Of a DNA stretch of 64,000 nt, positions 12,930 through 25,420 are shown piece by piece. Position 1 is the stretch's first letter. The number at the start of each line of letters is the position of its first letter. The notes beneath the pieces were generated by a model. That model worked only from the letters and a program-made list of their open reading frames with translations, was not told the origin of the DNA and searched no databases. This DNA comes from Vicugna vicugna (Eukaryota). Location: NCBI GenBank assembly GCA_013265495.1, contig MU057521.1:1314335-1378334 (forward strand), in the 5' to 3' direction. A program made the translations under genes and the position numbers.

Positions 12930-14260
12930 ATAATGGGAAAGCTTCAGGTTTCTCAGCATTAAGTATGTTGTTAGCTGTTGTTAGCTTCATCATTATTGTT
13001 TCAATTTTCTGTTCTCTTTCTTTCTCCCTTTCTTCTCTTCTGATACTCCCATTATGCATATAACTTTTGTAGTTGCCCCACAGTTCTTAGATATTCGGTT
13101 CTTGTTTGTTTGTTGTTTGCTTTTCAGTCTTTTTTCTGTCTGCTCTTCAGTTTTGGAGGTTTCTATTGATAAACCCTCAAGTTCAGAGATTCTTACCTCA
13201 TCTGTGTTCAGCCTATGAATAAGCCCATCAAAGTCATTCTTCATTTCCGTGCAGTGTTTTTTCTCTCCAGCATTTCTTTTTCATTCTTTCTTGGGATTTC
13301 TATCTCTCTGCTTACATTGCCCACCTGTTCTTGCATACTGCCTACTTTATCCATTAGAGCCCTTAGCATATTCATCATTTTAAAATTCCCAGTCTGATTA
13401 TCCCAGCATACCTGCCATGTCTGGTCTGACGCTTGCTCTGACTCTTCAGACTGTTTTTTGCCTGTTAGTATGCCTTGTAAATTTTTCTTGATAACCAGGT
13501 GTGATGTACTGGGTAAGAGGAACTGTTGTAAATAGGCCTTTATTAACGAGGTGGTGAGGTGTTGGGGAAGGAGAAACATTCTACAGTCCTGTGATTAGCT
13601 CTCCACCTTTAGTGAGCCTGTGCCTCTGGATTGTGAACTTCAGGTATTGCTCAATTTTTTTCTCCCCCTTTAGGTGGGACAGAATGGCAACAGTGGGCTG
13701 GAGTGGGGTTTTCCCCTTCACCAGGCTGGTTAGGCTCTGATAATACCCCAGCAGCTTAGGCTCTGAGGTTAATTAGCTTCCCTAAGGGTGGGCCTTGTTA
13801 AGAAGAACAGAGTCTTCTGGTGTATTTCAAAATTGCTCCCTCTCCCCTCCTGCCAGAGGCACAGAGTTTTCTCTGATACCTACTGTGAAACCCTGGTCAA
13901 GGCGCTGGAGGAAAAACTCACCAAAATGTAGGGAATGCTGTATGACTGGGTCGCACTGGAGTTTTTAACTCTCCGACTTGTCCACTCTGGGCCTCCAGCA
14001 ACTGATCAATTACAGCTCTGGTTTTCCTGCTGCAGTCCTGGTTCCCACAGAGGCTATAGCTCATGAGTTTCTGCTCTGGTAACTTATGATTGTATTTGCC
14101 TGTCAGTCTCTCCAGTTTGGGGGGCAGTGGCATGCCCTGTGACCTCTTTGGGTTTAGGAAGATTCATTGATTTTTCAGTTTGTTCAGCTTTTTACTTGTC
14201 AGGACAGAGTGGTGACTTCCAAGCTCCCTACATGTGGAACCGGAAACAGGATGCAGCAGA
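12930..14260 (-). mobile_element. L1 5' region/ORF1 fragment plus short ORF2 piece, antisense
   Basis: Minus ORFs MMNMLRALMDKVGSMQEQVGNVSREIEI and MKNDFDGLIHRLNTDEVRISELE resemble the L1 ORF1 coiled coil. Confidence 0.8.
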
Positions 14261-14289
14261 GATTTTTTTTTTTTTCCCTAATGCAGAAC

Positions 14290-17200
14290 ACAGAAAAGAG
14301 AGTAAAAGTCAAATGGGGCAGGAGAAGAGAGAGATTGGGCAGAAATGTTGTTTGAAGAGAGAATGGCCAAGAATTTCCTCAAACTGACAAAAAAAACATC
14401 AAGAAGGCCATGAACCACAAACCTGATAGATTCAAAGAAAACTAAGCCTACGTATGTTATAGTAAACTTGCTGAAAACCAAATTCAAAAAGAAAATCTTG
14501 AAAACAGCAACTGTGAAACTGATAGTTGACTTATCAACAAAAAACAAAGGTATTGGATTTTTTTAAATGCTGACAGAAAATAACTGCCACTCCAGAACTT
14601 TATAGTCAACAGAAATACCTTCTAAAATGAAGGCAAATTAAGATACTTCTGGACACTCTGCTGCCCTCTCCCCCCAAAAAACCCAAAGCAGAAAACAGAA
14701 TCTGTTACCAGCAGGCCCACACTAGAGAAAAAGAAAAACCAGAAAAAGTTATTCAAGCAAAAGGAAGTTTCCTCAAACTATGTGATAACTTAGAGATGCA
14801 AAAAGAAATAAGCAATAGGAAGGGTAGATATATGGGCAAAATTTTTAATGTCTTATAGGATTTTAAAGATACGTACCCAAGAAAAAGAGCACACGAGGTG
14901 GGGACAGGGTGTGATTGATATTAAAGCAGTCTAAGTTTCCTGAATTGCCCAGGAAATAATAAAACTACTTTCCCTTAGACTTTAGCAAATTAAGGATGCA
15001 TGTTGTAGTCTCCAGGTAACTATTAAAAGAATGTCAAGCTTATAGAGAGGAAGAATAGGGTGATTTTTTAAAATTTTTTTTTCAGGTAATAGCTTCAAAA
15101 TATATTAAGTAAAAAATTACAGAACTAAAAAGAGATATCATCACACGGTCATAGTAGAAAGTTCTTATGTTTTTAACCCACTCCTCTCAGAAACTGATGG
15201 AAAACAGTTTAAAAATCAGGGAGGACATAGAAGATTTAAACAACACAATTATAAGTTTGACCTGATAATCTTATGAAGAACTCTGTTGCAAAAGAACTTG
15301 CAGTTGCAAAGTACAAGTTATTTTCAAATGTACATGGAGCATTTAACAAAATGACTCTAAGCGGGGTCACAGTGCAAGTCTTTTCTATAAGCGTCACAGG
15401 ACTGAAATCCTGCATAATCTGTTCTCTGACCACAGTGGAATTACGTTATAAATTAATAACAAAAAGGTAACTAGAAAATATCAAATGTTGAAAAGGTAAG
15501 CAATGTGCTTCTAAAAGAAACCATAGGTTAAGGAAGAAGTGACAGTGAAAATTAGAAAATACTCTTATTTAATAATAAAAATTCAAAAATATCAAACTTA
15601 TAGGCTGAAACTAAAGCCATGCTTATAGGGAGCTGTACACATAGCTTTAAATACATAAATTAGAAGAAAGGTTTAAAGTCAGTCATCTAATGTTCATATC
15701 AGTAAGTTGGGAAAGAACCGAAAGGAGGCAGAAGAATCAATAAAGATCAGAAATTAATGAAATACAGAACTCAAACATATAATAGGGAAGATGAACAAAG
15801 CTGAAAATTCTAAATAATTGAACTAATAAATCTGATTAAACTCCAGCAAGACTTATCAAGAAAAAGAGAAGGCATAAATTACCAGTATTAGAAATTAAAA
15901 AGAAGAAACCCCTACAAATGCTACATTAGAAATATGAGATTTTTATGAATGACTGTATACTAACAAAGTTAAAAGATTAGATGGAATGACACATTCCTAT
16001 TTAAAAACAAACACATAAACTACTTATCAAAACCAACACAAAAAGAAATAGAAAAACTCTGTAGTTAAAGAAACTGAACTTGTCATTTAAAACCATGCCA
16101 TGAAGAAACCCCAGTGTCCAGATGGCTTCATCAATGAATTCTACCAAATACTTAAGGAAAAAAACCACCATTTTATACACTTCTTCAAAGTTCTTCCATA
16201 TATTTCAGTCTTGTTCAGCATAACACTGACACCAAAACTTAACAGGACCCAATTCAGAAAGGGAATGACAGGCCAATCTCTCATGAACATAGATGTGGAA
16301 TTTCCTAAACTAAATATTAGCAACCTATGCATCAAAAAATAAATAACTAAATAACTAAATAAAACACCTAGGAATAAACCTACCTAAGGAGAAATGCTGG
16401 AGAGGATGTGGAGAAAAGGGAACCCTCCTACACTGTTGGTAGGAATGTAAATTAGTGCAGCCACTATGGAGGACAGTATGAGGTTCCTTAAAAAACTAAA
16501 AGTGGGCTTACCATATGATCCAGCAATCCCAATCCTGGGCATATATCTGGAGAAAACTACAATTTGAAAAGGCACACTCACCCCAACATTCACAGCAGCA
16601 CTATTTATAATAGCCAAGACATGGAAACCACCTACATATCCATCGACAAAAAATGGATGCAGAAGATGTGGTATGTGTACACACACACATACACACACAC
16701 ACACACAATGGAATATTACAGAGCCATAAAAAAGTGAAATAATGTCTTTTGCAGCAACATGGATGGACCTAGAGATAATTACATTAAGTGGAGTAAGTCA
16801 GAAAGAGAAAGAAAAATATCGTATGATATCACTTATATATGGAACTAAAAAAAAGATACAAATTTTATTTACAAACCAGAATTAAACTCACAGACATAGA
16901 ATATAAACTATGGTTACCAAAGGTGAAAGGAGGGGAGGGATAAATTAGGAGTTTGGGACTAACATACACACTCCACTATATATAAAATAGATAAACAACA
17001 AGGACCTACTGTATAGCACAGGGAACTATATTCAATTTTTTATAATAAGCTATAATTAAAAAATATGTATATGTACATATATGTACAACTGAATCGCTTT
17101 GCTGTACACCTGAAACTAACATTGTAAATCAACTACACTTCAATAAAAAATAAAATAAAATATTAGCAATCTGAATCCACCAACGTATAAAATAGCCCTA

Positions 17201-17580
17201 ATATCCTTCACCAGTGAAATGATGAATATAGTGTGATACAGTCATATACTGGAATGCTTTACAGTAACGACATGGATGACTCCCCCAAACATGATATTGA
17301 ACAGAAGCCACACACAAAATAGTTCATACCATAGTGTAGACTCCATTTATATAAAGTTCAAAAGCAGTCAAAACTAATCAGTGGTATTATAATTAAATTT
17401 ATCAAGAAAGATAAGTGGGAATGCCTAAAACGGAACATGAAGGGGCTTTTGGGGTGCCAGTAATGTTCTACTATATGATTTGGGTGCTGGCTACATGCAT
17501 GTGTTCATTTTATGATAATTCATCAAGCTGTACACTTTGTGTATGTTATACTTCAATAAAAATATTATTTAAAATAAATC
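14290..17580 (+). mobile_element. Old degenerate L1 (ORF1 end, ORF2, 3' UTR), interrupted by a younger L1
   Basis: A-rich; peptide relics KKPQCPDGFINEFYQILKE and YKLFSNVHGAFNK; 3' end ...tatgttatacttcaataaaa near 17560. Confidence 0.8.
16324..17157 (+). mobile_element. Younger artiodactyl-type L1 3' end with TSD
   Basis: aaatgctggagaggatgtggagaaaagggaaccctcctacactgttgg...gtaaatcaactacacttcaataaaaaa; TSD aaatattagcaa at 16312-16323 and 17158-17169. Confidence 0.9.
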
Positions 17581-19497
17581 ATTCCATCTCAATCTAGATA
17601 GCAGCATCAGTTGTCTATTGAGCCAGTCTGAACCTAACCAATACAACGTTGCCATCAGTGTAAAGGATAATCCTTGTCCTTTAGTTCATGTCTAAGGGAT
17701 AAACAGTCACTCTCCACCATATTATTAAGGTAGGGTTAAGAAGGAAGTAGAGGAAATGCAAATTAAATCCTTGTGTCCACTTGAAACCATTTTATATATA
17801 ACAAAATATCTAGAAAGCATGTGATAACTACAACATGTACAGTTTAGAAATTCATTTATTTTCAATACCAAAATAGAACTATAGAACTGAAAAACATTCT
17901 TGTCTACCAAGGCAAGCTAGGTGCCCATGTGTACAGCTCAAAAGTCTTCCTATTATGTTTGGGTGTCATTATGTGATAGTATTGCACCTTGATTTATCTG
18001 TAAGTGGACACTGATCAATGGTTTACTTTTGTTTAAAAAGTGTTTTATGTAGGCGAGGTGAGAGGAAGAGCAAACCATAACAAGGTAGGTAATAAAAACA
18101 TTTGTATTTATTAGTAAGTTTTCACTGAAAGATTTGTAGTCTTATGTTTACCTAATAACTCTGCTTTTTATACATTCTCTTTAGCTCTGTGCCAGTAATT
18201 ATTTTTGTATCACCATGTGAAAAAAGTTATATGAACTGACTAATTCTCATTCTTGCTGACATTTATAAGCATTTCATTAACAAGATTGTGCCTGTTTTCT
18301 GGTGCCTAAATGAAGACTGTTAAAATGTAACACTTAAAAACCACCCGCTAGAAACAAAAATAATAGCCATACTTTTATTTTACCTTTTTGATTCTGAAAA
18401 CTAAAGAGTTCTTGCAGAAGTGGGAGTGGTGGGGATTTCCAGGGTGAGGTGCACACTATCCATGTAAAAGAGTTTTCAAATAAACTGATGATTCCTATAT
18501 TTGTATAATGTGTTTTGTTTTTCCATGGAATAAATAAATAAAAAAAATTCATTGTCAACTGATTACTTTTTAAAATTTGGAAATGTTTAACTTTAATAAA
18601 TGTTAAAGCATCTATTATTTAAAATATATTTTACATTTATTACATATAACCAAAATTTAATTGTACATGTGCTTATAAATGTGAGGGTTTTAAAAATCAT
18701 AAGTAACATTTAAATTAGTTTCTGTCAATGATGAACAATCTCTTTAGCTATATAGTGTGTGCATCCTTCACTTAATAGGGAAAAATAACATTTGGTTTAA
18801 CTTACTTCCATGTTTCTCATAATAATGCTATTTATCTAGGAAAGATGATGTCCTCAAGCTCATTTTAGTGGATTTTGTTGATAACAAATTTATTCTACAT
18901 TAATCTTCATAAAATATTTGAGTTATTTGAGTAATAGTTTTGTAAATATAGAAAGTCTTTAAAAGTAATTTCATTTTTTTAATTAAACTTTTTTTTTTAC
19001 TAGATTTAATATGTTAACGTGGACATTCTATTGTTCAAAGTGCTTCCAAAACTGGCACACTCACCTCTGGGGCTTTCCAAGCAGAAGTTTTAAGTCCCCT
19101 AATCTTTTCTGAAAAAAGAAGGGGGTGATGTTGGAAATGTGCCAGGAGTCAGCCTTGGTATTTCTCTTAAAGTGCCACAGTGAAAGTACCCTCTCCCACA
19201 AGTCAGTTCCTTTTATCAAAATCATAATTTCACACCACCACCATTGCCAGAAAGCCTGTCTCCACAATCAAGACAACAGTAGGCCAGTTACACATTTTTA
19301 AAATCTGTACTTTTGACCATTCCTGTACTTACTTCCTCTGAGTTTCAACATCTATTTACCAAATTTACACACCTGTCAGTTAAAATGCAAAAGTAATTTT
19401 TCCTCAGTGTAAATAGCATAGGAATATCAAAAGTTAAAATTAGTAGTTTCTCGTTTCGTTTTTGCAACTCATCTAGTATTAAAAATTTGGTGCTTTA

Positions 19498-20020
19498 AAA
19501 GATGAATGGATAAAGGATATATACATACATACAATGGAATATTACTCAGCCTTAAAAAGAATGAAATATTGTCATTTGCAGCAACATGGGATCTAGAGAT
19601 TATCATACTGTGTGAAGTAAGTCAGACAGAGAAAGGCAAATATATGATATCACTTATATGTGGAATCTAAAAATGATATAAATGAACTTATTTACAAAAG
19701 AGAAACACTCACAGACATAGAAAACAAACTTCCAATTACCAAAGGAGAAAGTGGGGGAGAGGGATAAATTAGGAGTGTGGGATTAATAGATACACACCAC
19801 TATATATAAAACAGATAAACAACAAGGATTTACTGTATAGCACAGGAAACTATATTCAATATTTTGTAACAAGCTATAATGGAAAATAATCTGGAAAAGA
19901 ATATATATATAAAAGTACGTAAACTGAGTGACTTTGCTGTACATCTGAAACTAACAAATATTGTAAATCAACTATACATACAGTTCAATTTTTAAGAAAA
20001 CCTGAAAAAAAGAAGAAAAA
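19498..20020 (+). mobile_element. Artiodactyl-type L1 3' end, 5'-truncated
   Basis: Similar to 16650-17150; A-rich tail; imperfect TSD aaaaatttggtgcttta / aaaaaattggtgttta. Confidence 0.88.
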
Positions 20021-20029
20021 AAATTGGTG

Positions 20030-20245
20030 TTTAGTGAAGCAGAACTCACACTCCAGGGCCAGACATTTGAATCCCATCTCTGTCACTTCTTGGCAAGTAA
20101 CCCTAGGCAAGATATTAACCTCTCTGCCTCAGTTTCCTCATCTGTAGAATGGGACTAATAGTAGTACTCCTTATAAAGCTGTTGCGAGGATTAAATGAAT
20201 TTGTAAGTGTAAGTATGCTATTAGTGTTTACTATTATTATTGTCT
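20030..20245 (+). mobile_element. MIR SINE
   Basis: ttaacctctctgcctcagtttcctcatctgtagaatggg...gttgcgaggattaaatga. Confidence 0.85.
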
Positions 20246-20479
20246 GTCCAGAAACTTCCTTTGCTTATATAAATAAAATCATGTTTCTGATTATTGTTTA
20301 CAAATATGTGATGATATAACTCTGTAACGTGCTTCTTTTGCTATGATATGGAATTGCTTTGTCAAAAGCACTTAAAATTTTTTAATCAACACTACCAGAT
20401 TGTTTTCCAAAAGCAAAAAGTAACTGGGCAGTGCACCAACCGGGCTGCAAAGCAGAGAGTTGCAAAGCAAGGCAACTAG

Positions 20480-21300
20480 CGTGGTGACAGTAACACAAAG
20501 GTGGGAGGGGAAGATGGAAATATGCTGTTCTAAGGTCCTTACAATATACCTGAAGTGTCAGAATTTTATCTGAAGGTAGACTGTGATGTCATAGATGCAT
20601 GTTGTAAACCAAGAGCTAAACAAAGCAAGAGATACATAAAATAAGCTAACAATAGAGAAAAAAAAAGAATCCTAAAAATACTCAAAACATCCAAAGGAAG
20701 GTAAGAAAAGGGAAAAAGGAGCAAAGATGGAACAAATAGAAAACAAATAGCAAAGTTCACCATATCTATAATCACATTAAATGTGAATGGCCTAAACACT
20801 TCAATCAAGAAATAGAGATTGTCACACTGGATAAAATGAAAAAGCAAGACCCAACCATATGCTGTCACTTTATATAGACATAGATAAATTAAAATCGCAG
20901 CATTAGATACACCATGTAATTGCTATTCATAAGAAAAGTGAAGTAGCTATACAACTAATATCAAAGGCTCCGGAAGACAGAATTTAACCACTGATCAGGG
21001 AGGACATGTAATAATGATAAAAAGGTCAATTCAGCAGAGACATAATAATCCTAAATGTTTATGCCTCTCATCAGAGATTCAAACACGTAGGGGGGAAAAT
21101 CCTGACGGAACTTGAAAGGAAAAACAAAGCCACAGTTTTTGCTGGAAATCTTCACAACCTTCTCACAAGGAGACAAAATCACTGACTATTTTAACCAACT
21201 TGACCTAACTGACATTTACAAAACACTTCAACCAGCAACAGTGAAATACAGTTTTTTCGAGTGCACATGGAATATTCATGAATATACAGCACATGCGGGG
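20480..21300 (+). mobile_element. Old L1 fragment (inter-ORF and ORF2 endonuclease region)
   Basis: ataatcacattaaatgtgaatggcctaaac, caagacccaaccatatgctgt, NQLDLTDIYKTLQP. Confidence 0.8.
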
Positions 21301-21389
21301 CCAAAAGTAAGGGATGTTGATGGCTCTGGAACGCTAGGAATTCAAACTATATTCTACTGACAAGAAACAAGCGTTTTCACTCAAAAAGT

Positions 21390-22760
21390 TATCTATGCGA
21401 AGGCTGGGCAGACGCGTGCCCCGGGCACCACCTGGAAGTGCGGCGCGGGGCGGAGACAGCGGCGGCCGGCAGCCGGGGGGAGGCCGGAGGAAGTGTCTGC
21501 TGACCGGAAAAGTGGACGAGGACACTGCGAAGCGTGCCGGACGCTAGAGTGGGTGATCCTTTCACTGTTGTCCAGGGAACCCCCAGTGGAGATCCTCGCC
21601 TCGTTAACTCCCAGACGCGGGCACCCACTTTGGGAGGCCCGGCCTGGATGCCTGACAGACGAGTCGAGGCGGGCGTGGGGCCGGGCCAGGCCGCCGGGCG
21701 GCTGTCCTTCCCCGGGCATCCGGCCCCCGAGTCCCGGGAAGCAGGCCAGCCACGTCTGCGACCGTGAAAGGCACCCTAAGGCAGGTCGCAGGCAAACCTG
21801 CGCTCGAGGGCGCCCAGCGGGGCAGAGGACGCGGGCGGCGGGCACGGAGAGCACCTCAGCTCCCACCCTGTCCCTCTCTGCACGCGAGGGAAGGAGACGT
21901 CGCGCCCCGCGCTCGGGCCCCATCTGGCGGGCGCGGCGGGAAGGGGGGAGCCGCCCGGGCGGGGACAGGTGCCGGGGCGGGGCGCCGCGGGGCGGGGCGC
22001 GACGGCGGGGCGGGCACTGGCCCCGCGCGCCCGGCGGCGCCGCCGCCCGCTGCCCGCGCTGCTCGCGCTCTGCACGCTGCTCGGCCTGCTGCAGGTAAGG
22101 AGGTCGCCGGGCACCCTCTGCCCCCGCCGCCTCGCGGGCGCCTTCCCCGCCCGTCGCTGCGCTCCTCGGAGGGCCGCCCGGGCTCCCGCTCCCTGCGCCC
22201 GACGCCTCCACGGGAGCTGGGAAAGGACGGGGCGCGGCGGCTGCCAGACGTCCTGAGACCTGGACGGAGAAGCAGGAGCTGAAGATTTGAGGGCGGGGAG
22301 GGCGGAAAGCTGCGGCGCTGCGAGTTGGGCGGTGGAAGGTGGAAAAGGGCGAGTGGAGGGGTCTTAGGGCGCAGAAGAGGGGGTTGCGGGACCCCAACAC
22401 CCAGACACTGGCGCTTACAAAAGTCCCACATAGTAGCAGGCTTTGGTGGTATCGTTAATTCTCACATTTCTGGAGCACCTACTAGGTGCCCCCTCAGAGT
22501 AGCCGCTGCGGACACAGCGGCGTAGACACAGCCCCTTCCCCTGCGAACAGAAAAAGCCAGGGAAAAATTGAGTCGCAGACAATACCCGTACTAAGTAACC
22601 ATCGTAAATGCGATGTCTCCTTTCGGGCCATTTTGAGTTCCCCAGGAGCTCGCCGTAACTTGGGCTTGTAACTGGGCTTCGCAACTTTTCCCCAACTGTT
22701 TCGTTGGTTGTCTGAAGACTAGAGCGATCATCGCCTCGTGGGGATGTCTAGAGCGTGTAT
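21390..22760. promoter_or_regulatory. TNFRSF11A: CpG island / TATA-less promoter of TNFRSF11A
   Basis: Very high GC and CpG density; several GGGCGG Sp1 boxes at 21957-22014; ETS-type GGAAGTG cores near 21434 and 21489; overlaps exon 1. Confidence 0.9.
22017..22094 (+). CDS. TNFRSF11A: TNFRSF11A (RANK) exon 1 coding part, signal peptide; first codon is CTG, not ATG
   Basis: Reads (L)APRARRRRRPLPALLALCTLLGLLQ, then donor CAG|gtaagg, phase 0. Matches the RANK signal peptide MAPRARRRR...LQ. Confidence 0.88.
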
Positions 22761-24879
22761 GGGAACAGAATTTGGTAGTTTCTTCAGAAAAACTGACATC
22801 AGATTTCTTTTTTAATGCTCCCCTCTTTTTTATGTCTCCTTTCTCCCCTCCGACTGCCCCCACAAAGATTTTAAGGCCCACCAGTTCAGTATCTACCCGG
22901 AATAACATGGAATCGCTTATCCTTAGAAACTCTTTGATGATGTTAGGACAACATAGTATTTGCAGTTGGAGACACCAAGGTACCTGGGGTGCTTGAGCCA
23001 GTGGTGGAGCCAGAAACACCCCTGTTCTCCGTGACCTCAGCCCGGGATGGGGCTGGGAGGGGCAGGTGGGCCCAGCAAGGCAGTAGTGAGTCTCACTGGT
23101 GCCGGGCGATTCTGGGGCTCCCCAGGCGGGGATGCACCAGGGGCTCCCCTGGGGGCCTTTCCCCCTGGAGTATCACGGGGCTGATAAAGGGCTTCAGCAT
23201 GAAAAGGGCTAGAGGTGCCAGAAAATGAGCACCTTCCTAGATCCGTGTCCACATTTCCGGCCCCCCTAAAAAATGTCTTTACTAGATCAATCAGTACCGT
23301 CTCTAAGTAAATAAAGACAGTTACTGGTTTTCTGTCCTCCTGGAGGTGCAGGAAACCCAGCACCACAAATACTGTAAGAGTCTTGTATACTTGGAAGTCC
23401 CTCAGAGGGAAGGGTAAATGTTGGTGGTTTTCTGGGTTTCGGCAGTTTCAGATTTCCCTTCTCTGTTAAAACTGGCTTAGGTTGTTGTTGGCATTGTTAA
23501 GCAGAACTGCACAGAACCCTGTGAAGACAGGAGAGAGGCACTTGTAGAACTGTATTTGGGTGAGAAGGAGGGGATGCCAGCCTGGTATTACGGCCTCGAC
23601 AGAAATAACAGGAGTGGGCGGGAGCAGAAAATTCTCATGAAAATTCAGTCCATTTCGTTTCTACTTGTGTGAATCTCTAGGAATGGTTAAAGGAAAAGAA
23701 GGCGGAAAAACCTAATGGAATTTTTTTCATTTTAAGCACTTCTGGTGTTGCTTAATTAAGTGTTCAACAGGTTGGACAGGGTGCTACCTTATTTGAACTA
23801 AGACACCAAGACTCCAGTGAACAGCTAACCACCTGAGAAAAACCTGCTCACTGCTCACAGTTTAAAAAAGAATCTCACATTGTTATTGCAAGGCTACATC
23901 CATATATGTATAAAATACAGTAGGTTCTAACATTAACAGCAAATGCTATCAAAACATTTAGTTTTCATTTTAGGAATCAGTCCTAAAACAGTGAGTTTTT
24001 TTTCAAGCAACTTTACTGAAACCAAATAATGGGGTACATTTTTCTTTAAGAGAGTCTATATAATCATTTTCTAGAAAGTATAGCTATCTGTACTAACGTT
24101 TTTATATGGAGAACATAGTGTCTTTGTGGTTTTAAAGACAACTGTGAAATAAAATTGTTTTACCTGGTTGGAAAAAAAAACACATTTATTTTTCAGAGAT
24201 ATCTTCAGCAAGTGCCGCCTCCCCTCCCTTTCCCTTTTGGCTACTTGAATTATGTGCATTTTTAAATCATAGCTAAACAGGAAACACTCAAATGATGTTG
24301 GGATAGCTCTAATCAAATGATATGTTTGTGCCCAGTCTCCCTAGTGGAAATCCATTAATTCTGAAAAGTGAAGCTTGATGTAATGTTGCAATATTTTCCT
24401 CCAAAGATACTGTGGTTTCAAGCACTCTGTATTCAACTACTGCTTATTTGGCCAACCTGTTGTATTGGTTCAAAAAAAGGAATTGCATTGGTGATCCATT
24501 GATGTTATTTATCACAGTGGGGGGTATTGGTTTTATAAAATAGTTGGCAGAAACAGCTTCTAGAATGCTTTATCTGTAAGTATTGTATTTAGTTTCATTT
24601 GTATTGTATTAAATCAATTTCAGCTTACCTGGAAGGCTGTAAGTTTTGCTTTTAAAACATCTCTGTGATATTTCTGTGCACCTGTACATGTGAGGGAATT
24701 TGTGTTCAGACATAAGGAGACTATTTGCATACAGAAAAAAAAACCATTTAAAGTTTTTATGTTGATAGTCCTGTTGTTTATTCCAGTTAAGAAACTATAG
24801 GAGCAGGTTGTTTTCATTAGGGTAATTGATCACACACCCATGTGTATCCTCAGTTATCCAAGACCTAAGGGCAAATTCA

Positions 24880-25420
24880 CTCATATCCAAGCCAGCAAAC
24901 ATTCATGGGATGTAAAACTTTGTGCTGGTGACAAACAAGGTGAAGACATAGCTGTGTCCTCACAGGTCACAGTCCAGTTGAGGACAAGACGGGTGAAGCT
25001 GTGATAATAACTACTCAGCCTGTGATATGAGAAGCACAGGGCAGTGGAGGGAAGGACAGAGGGTATAGTTGGAGGAATCACGGAGGGCTTTTGGAGGAGG
25101 GGGCTTCTGAAGTGGTCTTGGGAGGATGAGGAGGAAATCAAGGGTCAGAGAAGGAATGATTCCAAGAGGCAGTTGGGGAAGAGAGCTTTCTATTTAAGAA
25201 GGTGGTGTGAGTGGGTTAGGCCTAAAGGAATCTTGCCAAAAAAAGAAAAAAAAATTTATGGCTTTACAGATAGCACAAAGCTTAATGGCTTAATTCGAGA
25301 AACCCAATGACAGGCAGGACATTAAACATTTATAGTTTTTGAGATAACTCTTGTATGGCCCTTGTTGAGGTGCTAAGGTAGACTGATCAAAAACAGATAG
25401 GCTGCAGGTCCCTGGAAAGG
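24880..25420 (-). mobile_element. L2 fragments
   Basis: cactcatatccaagccagcaaacattcat...gtgctggtgacaaacaagg; purine-rich. Confidence 0.5.

Noticed and set aside
22032..22046. Five Arg in the signal peptide (four in human as recalled), reminiscent of pathogenic exon 1 duplications
   Set aside because: A single extra codon in the basic n-region; the disease alleles are multi-residue duplications affecting the hydrophobic core.
21393..22431. Long overlapping ORFs (up to 335 aa) on both strands in the CpG island
   Set aside because: Low-complexity Arg/Pro/Gly/Ala products expected from stop-poor GC-rich DNA; only the exon 1 frame matches a known protein.
22473..22490. Short inverted repeat gcaccta-c-taggtgc
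   Set aside because: Too short, and resembles a common L2/MIR relic motif.
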